A stretch of 64,000 nucleotides of DNA from Candidatus Binatia bacterium (GTDB lineage Bacteria; Desulfobacterota; Binatia; DP-6), in assembly GCA_036009625.1 (NCBI GenBank), contig DASYLJ010000090.1:4590-68589 (forward strand), given 5' to 3'. Position 1 is the first letter of the stretch. Each line of letters starts with the position of its first letter. This document shows positions 56,960-64,000 of the stretch, piece after piece. Below the pieces are notes generated by a model that did not search any database, was not told where the DNA came from, and saw only the letters and a program-made list of their open reading frames with translations. Position numbers and translations under genes: made by a program.

Positions 56960-57068
56960 ACCCGCCGCTCTATCAGGCTCGCGCTTCGGGCGTACCCCCC
57001 ATGCCGCGCCGGCTTCGCCGGCCGCGGCACGAAGGTGGAGCGGTCCACCGCGGCCACACTCTCGCCCC

Positions 57069-57091
57069 CGACCCGAGCAAGGCTCGGGTCG
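57069..57091 (-). terminator. hairpin immediately downstream of purA (10-bp stem, 3-nt loop, no U-tract)
   Basis: CGACCCGAGC-AAG-GCTCGGGTCG, 5 nt beyond the purA stop. Confidence 0.35.
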
Positions 57092-57095
57092 GCGC

Positions 57096-58385
57096 CTAAA
57101 ACACGTCGCCGAGACGGATCGTCTGCTCGCGCCCCGCACCCACCGACACCAGCGTGATCGGCGCCTCGACCAGCGCCGAGAGCCGGTCGATGTACTTGCG
57201 TGCGGTCGTCGGCAGCTCGTCGAGCGAGCGCGCGGTGCCGAGGTCTTCCTTCCAGCCTGCCATCTCCTCGTAGATCGGCTTGGCGCGCGTCCAGCCCTGC
57301 CGCGTCGTGGGCGGCAGGTCGCGGCGCTTGCCGTCGATCTCGTAGGCGACGCAGATGCGGAGCGGGTCGATCCCGGTGAGCACGTCGAGCTTCGTGAGCG
57401 CGATGGCGTCGAGCCCCGAGAGGGCCACCGAGTGGCGCACGACGACCGCGTCGAACCAGCCACAGCGGCGCGGACGACCGGTGGTGGCACCGTACTCGTC
57501 CCCGTCGGCGCGTAGGCGCTCGCCGAGCGCATCGGTGAGCTCGGTCGGGAACGGTCCGCCGCCGACACGGGTGGTGTACGCCTTTGCGATGCCGATGACG
57601 CGCCCGATCATGCGCGGCGGAATGCCGGCGCCGGCAGACGCGGCGCCGGGCACCGCGTTCGACGACGTCACGTACGGATACGTGCCGTGGTCGACGTCGA
57701 GCATCACGGCCTGTGCGCCTTCGAGCAGGACGCGCACACCGCGCGCGACGGCGGCGCGCACCTCGATGCCAGTATCGCCGACGAACGGAGCCAGCCGCGT
57801 CCGATAGCCGGCGTACTCGGCGAGGATGTCGTCGAACGACAGCGCCGACTCGCCGAGCATGGCCTGGAGGTAGCCGTTCTTCTCGCGCAGCGCGGTCTCG
57901 AGCAGCTCGCGGAAGCCGGCCTCGTCGAACAGCTCGCCGACGCGGATGCCGGTGCGCGCCATCTTGTCTTCGTATGCCGGTCCGATGCCGCGACCGGTGG
58001 TGCCGATGGCCCCCGAGCCGCGCAGGCGCTCGCGCGCGTGGTCGATGGCACGGTGCCACGGCATGATGAGGTGCGCCTGCTCGCTGATGCGCAGCCAGCG
58101 ATCCTCGGCCAGGAACCCACGCGCGCGGAGCGCGTCGATCTCCGACACCAGTACCTTGGGGTCGATGACCATGCCCGCGGCCAGCACGCACACCTTGCCC
58201 GGATGCAGTACGCCCGACGGGACCAGGTTCAGCACGGTCTTCTCGCCGTTCACGACCAGCGTGTGACCGGCGTTGTTGCCGCCGTGGAAGCGGACGATCA
58301 TGTCGGCGCGAGCGGCGAGCAGGTCGACGACCTTGCCCTTGCCCTCGTCGCCCCACTGCGTGCCGATGATGGCGGTGGTGGACAT
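57096..58385 (-). CDS. purA: adenylosuccinate synthase
   Basis: GTQWGDEGKGKVVD P-loop, GNNAGHT, GTTGRGIGPAYEDK and TTGRPRRCGW. Confidence 0.95.
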   Translation of the reverse strand: MSTTAIIGTQWGDEGKGKVVDLLAARADMIVRFHGGNNAGHTLVVNGEKTVLNLVPSGVLHPGKVCVLAAGMVIDPKVLVSEIDALRARGFLAEDRWLRISEQAHLIMPWHRAIDHARERLRGSGAIGTTGRGIGPAYEDKMARTGIRVGELFDEAGFRELLETALREKNGYLQAMLGESALSFDDILAEYAGYRTRLAPFVGDTGIEVRAAVARGVRVLLEGAQAVMLDVDHGTYPYVTSSNAVPGAASAGAGIPPRMIGRVIGIAKAYTTRVGGGPFPTELTDALGERLRADGDEYGATTGRPRRCGWFDAVVVRHSVALSGLDAIALTKLDVLTGIDPLRICVAYEIDGKRRDLPPTTRQGWTRAKPIYEEMAGWKEDLGTARSLDELPTTARKYIDRLSALVEAPITLVSVGAGREQTIRLGDVF

Positions 58386-58392
58386 CGTCGCC

Positions 58393-59994
58393 TCAGAGCC
58401 TCAACAGCTCGGCCGCGACGATCTGCGGCAGCGTGCGCACCTGATCGAGCACGGCGGCCGGGACGGATTCGTCGACGTGGAAGAGCGAGAGCGCCATGCC
58501 GCCGACCTTTTCGCGACCGAGCTCGAGACCGGCGATGTTGATGCCGTTCTCACCGAGCAGCGTGCCGACCCGGCCGACGACGCCGGGAACGTCGCGGTTG
58601 TGCAGCATGAGGATGTGCCCGTCGGGCACCGCCTCCATGCGGAAGTCGTCGATGCGGGTGAGGCGCACGGTGCCGGCGCCGAAGACGGCCCCCTGCACGA
58701 CGGTGGTGCCCTCGGGCCGCTTCACCTCGACGCGGATCGCGTTGGCGTAGTCGCTGCCCTGGGAGGCGGTGGCCGTCACCAGGCGAATGCCGCGGTCGCG
58801 GGCGATGGTGGGCGCGTTCACGTAGTTCACCGAGTAGTTGAGGTCGAGATCGATCACCTGGTCGAGCAGGCCGCGCAGCACGGCCGTGCCGAGCGCCTTC
58901 ACCTCGCGCTCCGCCACCTCGCCGATGGCCTGCACGGTGATCTCGTCCGGCTTACCCGCCTTGAGCTGTGCCGCGAGCGAGCCGAGCTTCTCGGCGAGCA
59001 GGAGGTAGGGCCGCAGCACCTGCAGCACCTCGGGTGACAGCGACGGCGCATTCACCGCGCTGTTGATCGTGCCCTTGGCGAGGAACTCGCCGACCTGCTG
59101 CGCGATGGCGACGGCGACGTTCACCTGCGCCTCGGCGGTGGACGCGCCGAGATGCGGCGTGCAGATGACGCGGTCGAGCTTGAGCAGCGGATGATCCGCC
59201 GGCGGCGGCTCCTTCTCGAAGACGTCGAGCGCCGCGCCGGCGATCTGGCCGGACTCGATGCCCTCCGCCAGCGCCGCCTCGTCGACGATGCCGCCGCGCG
59301 CGCAGTTGATGATGCGCACGCCCTTCTTCATGCGCGCGATCGACTCGCGTCCCACGAGCCCGCGCGTCTCCGCGGTGAGCGGCGTGTGGAGCGTGATGAA
59401 GTCGGCGCGCGGAAAGAGCTGGTCGAGCGTCACCAGCTCGACGCGCATGCGCGCCGCCGCCTCGGGCGTGACGAAGGGATCGTACGCGATCACCTTCATG
59501 CGCAGCCCGAGCGCGCGCTCGGCGACGATGGTGCCGATGTTGCCGAGGCCGACGATGCCGAGCGTCTTGTTGCAGACCTCGGTGCCCACCCACTTCTCGC
59601 GCGGCCACTTGCCGGCGCGCACGTCGGCGACCGCCTGCGGAATGTTGCGCGCCAGCGACAGCAGCATGGCGATGGCGTGCTCGGCGGTGGTGACATTGTT
59701 GCCGCCGGGCGTGTTCATGACGACGATGCCGCGCTTGGTGGCGGCCTCGACGTCGATGTTGTCGACGCCGATGCCGGCGCGCCCGATCACGCGCAGCTTC
59801 TTCGCGTGCGCGATCACCTCGGCGGTGACCTTCGTGCTGCTGCGCACGACGAGACCTTCGAACTCGGGAATGATCTCGAGCAGCTCGGCCGGCTTCAGGC
59901 CGGGGCGCGCCACGAGATCGAGGTCGGGCTGCTCTTCGAGTCGCGCGAGCCCTTCGGGCCCGAGCGAATCGCTCAGGAGAACCTTGTACGCCAT
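58393..59994 (-). CDS. serA: D-3-phosphoglycerate dehydrogenase (long form with ASB and ACT domains)
   Basis: ATG at 59994 (MAYKVLLSDSL). NAD motif GIVGLGNIGTIVA. C-terminal ACT domain (HILMLHNRDVPGVVGRVGTLLGENGINI). 533 aa. Confidence 0.9.
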   Translation of the reverse strand: MAYKVLLSDSLGPEGLARLEEQPDLDLVARPGLKPAELLEIIPEFEGLVVRSSTKVTAEVIAHAKKLRVIGRAGIGVDNIDVEAATKRGIVVMNTPGGNNVTTAEHAIAMLLSLARNIPQAVADVRAGKWPREKWVGTEVCNKTLGIVGLGNIGTIVAERALGLRMKVIAYDPFVTPEAAARMRVELVTLDQLFPRADFITLHTPLTAETRGLVGRESIARMKKGVRIINCARGGIVDEAALAEGIESGQIAGAALDVFEKEPPPADHPLLKLDRVICTPHLGASTAEAQVNVAVAIAQQVGEFLAKGTINSAVNAPSLSPEVLQVLRPYLLLAEKLGSLAAQLKAGKPDEITVQAIGEVAEREVKALGTAVLRGLLDQVIDLDLNYSVNYVNAPTIARDRGIRLVTATASQGSDYANAIRVEVKRPEGTTVVQGAVFGAGTVRLTRIDDFRMEAVPDGHILMLHNRDVPGVVGRVGTLLGENGINIAGLELGREKVGGMALSLFHVDESVPAAVLDQVRTLPQIVAAELLRL

Positions 59995-60001
59995 CTGTTC
60001 C

Positions 60002-61153
60002 TCAGCGAGCCGGGAGGCCTTCGGCGATGACCTGCTGGGCGGCGCCGACGCCACGGCCGAGCTGGATCGGCACGCCGAACTGGTGGAGCGCGAGCTCGAG
60101 CGCCGCGAGCCCGGTGACGACGTCGAAGGCACCGATGTATCCCAGGTGCGAGAGCCGGATGATCTTGCCCTTCAACTGGTCCTGCCCGCCCGCGAACGTG
60201 ACGTGCATGCGATCGCGCAGATACTTGAAGACGGCGCTGCCGTCGGTGCCCGGCGGCAGCATGACGGCGGTGGCGGCAGGGCTCGGTGCGGTGGGCGCGA
60301 GCAGCCCGAGGCCCATGGCCTTGGCGCCTTCGCGCGTCGCCCGCGCGAGCCGCTCGTGCCGTGCGTGGACGTTCGCGAAACCCTCGGCGCGCATCATGTC
60401 GAGCGCGACCTTGAGACCCTGGATGAGCGAAATGGCCGGCGTCCAGGCGGTGGTCTTCTCCGCGACGCCCTTCCGCTCCTTCTTCAGGTCGAAGTAGAAG
60501 CGCGGCAGCTTCGCGGTGGCCGTGGCCGCCCAGGCGCGCTCGGAGAGCGCGATCATGGCGAGCCCGGGCGGCAGCATGAGCGCCTTCTGCGAGCCGGTGA
60601 CCAGGACGTCGATGCCGAGCGCGTCCATCGGCAGATCGATGACGCCGACGGCGGTGATGCCGTCGACCACGAGGAGCGTGTCGCGCGACTTCGTGAGCGC
60701 CGCGATCTCGGCCACCGGGTGCAACACGCAGGTCGACGTCTCGCTTGCCTGCATGTAGAGGGCGCGCGCCTTCGGGTGGGCGTCGAGCGCCGCGGCGACC
60801 TGCTCGGGCCGCACCGCCGTGCCCCACTCGACGGTGATCTCGTGCGGAACCACGCCGTAGGCCTGCGCGATCTTCGTCCAGCGCTCGCCGAACTTGCCCC
60901 CGTTGACGACGATGACCTCGTCACCGGGAGAGCACAGGTTGGTGATCGCGCTCTCCATCGCTCCGGTGCCCGAGGCGGCGAGCACCAGCACGTCCTGCGT
61001 CGTGCCGAAGAGCTCTTTCAGCCCCTGCTGCACGTCGTCGAGGACGGCCGAGAACTGCGGGGTGCGGTGATGAATGACCGGCAGCGACATGGCTGCCAGC
61101 ACTTCAGGAGGTACGGGAGTAGGGCCTGGGGCTAAAAGGTAGGATTTGATCAT
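60002..61153 (-). CDS. class V aminotransferase (serine-glyoxylate / phosphoserine aminotransferase-like)
   Basis: LAPGPTPVPPEVL...SGTGAMES...TGSQKALMLPPGL, where the Lys is in SQK. Its position next to serA suggests a role as phosphoserine aminotransferase. Confidence 0.8.
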   Translation of the reverse strand: MIKSYLLAPGPTPVPPEVLAAMSLPVIHHRTPQFSAVLDDVQQGLKELFGTTQDVLVLAASGTGAMESAITNLCSPGDEVIVVNGGKFGERWTKIAQAYGVVPHEITVEWGTAVRPEQVAAALDAHPKARALYMQASETSTCVLHPVAEIAALTKSRDTLLVVDGITAVGVIDLPMDALGIDVLVTGSQKALMLPPGLAMIALSERAWAATATAKLPRFYFDLKKERKGVAEKTTAWTPAISLIQGLKVALDMMRAEGFANVHARHERLARATREGAKAMGLGLLAPTAPSPAATAVMLPPGTDGSAVFKYLRDRMHVTFAGGQDQLKGKIIRLSHLGYIGAFDVVTGLAALELALHQFGVPIQLGRGVGAAQQVIAEGLPAR

Positions 61154-61366
61154 GCACCTGGACCTGGCAGTGATTTGTTATTGCCAGAGGGGCCCAGGCG
61201 TTCGGCCCGCTGGTCGTTCGGCACTCCCTCGTGGTCGATTCCACGTAACGCCAGTCGTGCGAAGGGTTCAGGGTTTAGCCGCCGCGTCCGCGCTCTGTCA
61301 AGGCATCCGCGCGGGTCGTCCGTCTGCGTTGACTCGTTCTCGACGATCCAGTACCCGCGACCGGTG

Positions 61367-63097
61367 ATGATGCTGTGCCGTGCGCGCGGATGGCTGGTCG
61401 TGTTGGCTCTCACCGTGGCGGCGCCGGCCGTGGCCGAGGGCCCCGCGCCCGCTCCACCCTCGCCATTCCGCTTCAGCGTCCTCTCCGAGCAGTGGCAGAC
61501 GCAGCTCGCGCGCGATCCGGCGCTCGACGTCCCGTCGGCCATCACGCGCGACCACGAGGTGCAGCGGGTCACACTGAAGGAGACGATCGCGATCGCGCTC
61601 GAGAACAATCCGGGGATCGCCGCGCGACGCCTCGAGCCGACGCGTGTCCAGCAGGACGTCCTCGAGGCGCAGGGCCAGTACGATCCGGTGGCGGCGGCCG
61701 ACCTGCTCTACTCGAAGGTCGTCACGCCGAACCCGAACGCACTGTCCGGCGTCAACACGTCGGACATCTCCACCACCAGCGGCAACGTCTACCTGCGCAA
61801 GCTCCTGCGGACGGGCGCCCGGCTCGACGTCGACTTCCTGAACGAGCGCCTCGACAACAACGCACAGTTCATCGAGCTCCGCCCGCAGTACACGCCGCAG
61901 CTCGGCTTATCCCTCGTGCAGCCGCTGCTGCGCGACTTCGGGTGGGATTTCTCCTACCTCGTCGTGCGGGTGGCCGAGCGCACCGCGGACGCCGCCTACT
62001 ACCAGTACGAAGCCGATCTCACCGACTTCGTGGTGCAGGTCATCATCGCGTACTGGGCCGTGGTGGGCCGACGTGAGGCCGTCGAGGTTCGACGGGAGGC
62101 CATGGTGCTCGCCGAGCGCACGGTGTCGGAGAATCAGGCTCGCGTCGACGTGGGCCTCCTGCCGCCGGTCTCCGTGCTCGAAGCGCAGGCCGACGCCAAG
62201 AGCCGCGAGGAACAGCTGCTGGTCGCGCAGAACGATCTGACGATCGCGCGCCAGCGCCTCGCACAGCTCGCCTTCTTCCGCCCGCAGGGGTCCTTCGTGC
62301 CGCGCTCGCTCGAGCCCGTCGAAGACGCCGACCGCGAGGACGTGCAACCGGAGGTCGATGACTCGCTGGCGTTGGCCCTCGTCGACCGGCCCGAGATCGC
62401 GGCATCGGCGAAGGGCGTCGAGGTGCGGCAGCTGAACGAGCGAATCACGGGCAATCAGCTGCTCCCGCGGGTGGACCTCGTGGGTGGCTATGGGCTTAAC
62501 GGCCTCAGTGGGCGCACGGAGTCGTTCATCAGCGAGCGCAACCTCGGCGGCTGCACGTTCATCAGCCAGGACGTGTGGCAGTGTCCGAACTCGCGCTTTG
62601 GCGGCCCGAAGAGCGAGGCGTATCACCGGCTCTACTCCGGTGACTTCGAGAGCTACAACTTCGGCATCCAGGTGGAGGTGCCGATCGACAACGCCACCGC
62701 GCGCGCACGCAACACGCGCAGCAAGATCGAGCTCAACCAGGCCGAGCTGAACCATCGCCAGCTCCTCTCCGACGTCACACTCGAGGTCCGGCAGACGGTC
62801 TCCGACGTCCTCACCAGCCGCCAGCGCATCGACACCTCGCGCGTCGCGCGCGAGCTCGCGGATCAGAATCTGCGCAACCAGGAGAAGCGGCACGAGGTGG
62901 GCATGGCCACCACGAAGGATCTGCTCGACTTCCAGACGCGGCTCACCGAGGCGCGCGCCGCCGAGGTGCAGTCGCAGATCGACCACGCCATCTCGCTGGC
63001 GCGGTGGCGACGGGCCGAGGGACAGTTGCTCGATCACTTCCAGATCGTGATCGACCGCCCCGGCGTCACGGCGACGCCCTGGTTCGCCTGGTTCTGA
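61367..63097 (+). CDS. TolC-family outer membrane efflux protein
   Basis: ATG at 61367 (MMLCRARGWLVVLALTVAAPAVA signal). Two OEP repeats (LKETIAIALENNPGI..., LALALVDRPEIAA...). Confidence 0.8.
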   Translation: MMLCRARGWLVVLALTVAAPAVAEGPAPAPPSPFRFSVLSEQWQTQLARDPALDVPSAITRDHEVQRVTLKETIAIALENNPGIAARRLEPTRVQQDVLEAQGQYDPVAAADLLYSKVVTPNPNALSGVNTSDISTTSGNVYLRKLLRTGARLDVDFLNERLDNNAQFIELRPQYTPQLGLSLVQPLLRDFGWDFSYLVVRVAERTADAAYYQYEADLTDFVVQVIIAYWAVVGRREAVEVRREAMVLAERTVSENQARVDVGLLPPVSVLEAQADAKSREEQLLVAQNDLTIARQRLAQLAFFRPQGSFVPRSLEPVEDADREDVQPEVDDSLALALVDRPEIAASAKGVEVRQLNERITGNQLLPRVDLVGGYGLNGLSGRTESFISERNLGGCTFISQDVWQCPNSRFGGPKSEAYHRLYSGDFESYNFGIQVEVPIDNATARARNTRSKIELNQAELNHRQLLSDVTLEVRQTVSDVLTSRQRIDTSRVARELADQNLRNQEKRHEVGMATTKDLLDFQTRLTEARAAEVQSQIDHAISLARWRRAEGQLLDHFQIVIDRPGVTATPWFAWF

Positions 63098-63098
63098 G

Positions 63099-63518
63099 TC
63101 AGCCCGGCCAGCGCGCCGCCACCAGCTGCACGCGCTCGCCGCAGGCGAGCCGCAGATGCTCGACCTGGAACCCGAGCGCCGCCAGCTCGCGTGCCGCGGG
63201 GTAGCGCGCCCGAGCCGCGCCGAGGCCACACGCACGGAGCAGGACCGCGCCGAGGGCCCGCAGGGCCAGCCCGCGCGGCTGGTTGTGATCGACGAGCACG
63301 AGCGGCGTCCCTGCCGGAAGCCGGCGACGCACCCCATCGAGGAGCGACTGGCGGGCGGATGGATCGGCCGGGGTACCGAGAAAGCTCACCACCACGGGAC
63401 CGGCAGCGGCCAACACCGGCGAACCCGCGACATGCGCCGCACCCGGCCCGAGGACGTCGAGCGTCCCCTCGGCACCCAACAACTCGCGACAGCGCGCGGC
63501 GAGGACGGCGGCGCTCAC
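63099..63518 (-). CDS. hypothetical protein (truncated methyltransferase-like)
   Basis: The GTG at 63518 forms a GTGA overlap with the folE stop. 139 aa. There is only a weak motif-I-like [10 protein letters not shown]. Confidence 0.35.
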   Translation of the reverse strand: MSAAVLAARCRELLGAEGTLDVLGPGAAHVAGSPVLAAAGPVVVSFLGTPADPSARQSLLDGVRRRLPAGTPLVLVDHNQPRGLALRALGAVLLRACGLGAARARYPAARELAALGFQVEHLRLACGERVQLVAARWPG

Positions 63519-64000
63519 CGCCGCTGGATCAGGTTGATGAACTCCTCGCGCGTCTTCTGCTGGTTCTGGAACGCCCCCAACATCGCGCTGGTCGTGACGC
63601 TGGAATTCTGCTTCTCGACGCCGCGCATGCGCATGCACAGATGCTCGGCCTCGAGCACCACGCCCACGCCGTGCGGCGTGAGTTCCTGCTCGATGGTAGC
63701 CGCGATCTGCGTCGTCATGCGCTCCTGCACCTGGAGGCGGCGCGCGAACACCTCGACGAGACGGGCGAGCTTGCTGATGCCGACGATGCGCCCGTTCGGG
63801 ATGTAGGCGACGTGTGCCTTGCCGTAGAACGGCAGGATATGATGCTCGCACATCGAGAAGAAGTCGATGTCCTTCATCACGATCATCTCCGAGTATTCCT
63901 CGGTGAAGAGCGCCTCGTTGATGACGCTGTGCGGATCCTGCGCGTAGCCTCGCGTCAGGAACGTCAGCGCCCGTGCGACGCGATCCGGGGTGCGTGCGAG
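63515..64000 (-). CDS. folE: GTP cyclohydrolase I (5' end beyond the window)
   Basis: The frame stays open to the window edge: [23 protein letters not shown]...[36 protein letters not shown]...HLCMRMRGV. Confidence 0.9.
   Translation of the reverse strand, partial: LARTPDRVARALTFLTRGYAQDPHSVINEALFTEEYSEMIVMKDIDFFSMCEHHILPFYGKAHVAYIPNGRIVGISKLARLVEVFARRLQVQERMTTQIAATIEQELTPHGVGVVLEAEHLCMRMRGVEKQNSSVTTSAMLGAFQNQQKTREEFINLIQRR

Noticed and set aside
61164-61187. CTGGCA-N12-TGCCAG inverted repeat 11 nt upstream of the class V aminotransferase start. It superficially resembles a sigma54 promoter (TGGCA...TTGC).
   Set aside because: The GG-to-GC spacing is 17 nt rather than the 12 nt required for a -24/-12 promoter. 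A 6-bp inverted repeat is weak evidence. It might be an operator or a leader stem-loop, but nothing supports a specific call.

Overview
High-GC (about 70%) bacterial chromosomal segment carrying about 60 densely packed genes, many with overlapping stop/start codons (ATGA, GTGA, TGATG). I saw no rRNA, intact tRNA, CRISPR array, transposase or integrase. The delta-60 repeat / Myxococcus-type cysteine-rich repeat protein and the overall gene content suggest a Myxococcota-like or related deltaproteobacterial-type lineage; this is inference only. In the ORF track GTG and TTG starts are printed as M. Many of the very long ORFs are antisense or read-through artefacts of the high GC content, so I re-derived starts by reading the sequence.

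Main content, in window order:
- Lipid and acyl-CoA metabolism: tesB, an acyl-CoA ligase, a crotonase, two thiolase-like/OB-fold fusions and an acyl-CoA dehydrogenase pair.
- Two GAF histidine kinases, one of them interrupted by a -1 frameshift.
- An orphan MotA/MotB pair.
- A nine-gene, translationally coupled minus-strand operon at about 28.05-37.7 kb. It joins the lower mevalonate pathway (HMG-CoA reductase, mevalonate kinase, phosphomevalonate kinase, diphosphomevalonate decarboxylase, type-2 IPP isomerase) to an HpnC-type squalene-synthase-family gene, a squalene-hopene-cyclase-family gene and a divergent HMG-CoA-synthase-like gene.
- A low-GC one-gene insertion next to that operon.
- Ku with a MerR-TPR protein and a DUF72 protein.
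- Housekeeping genes: purA, serA, a class V aminotransferase, folE, ggt and a UvrD-like helicase.

The strongest candidate for something new is the mevalonate/triterpenoid operon. Its cyclase lacks the canonical DxDD proton-donor motif: it reads NIDVSAE, between the SHC motif DVDDTA and the OSC motif VSDCTAE. By-eye alignment also suggests that its HMGS-like member has lost the catalytic Glu. All functional calls come from reading motifs by eye, with no database search.
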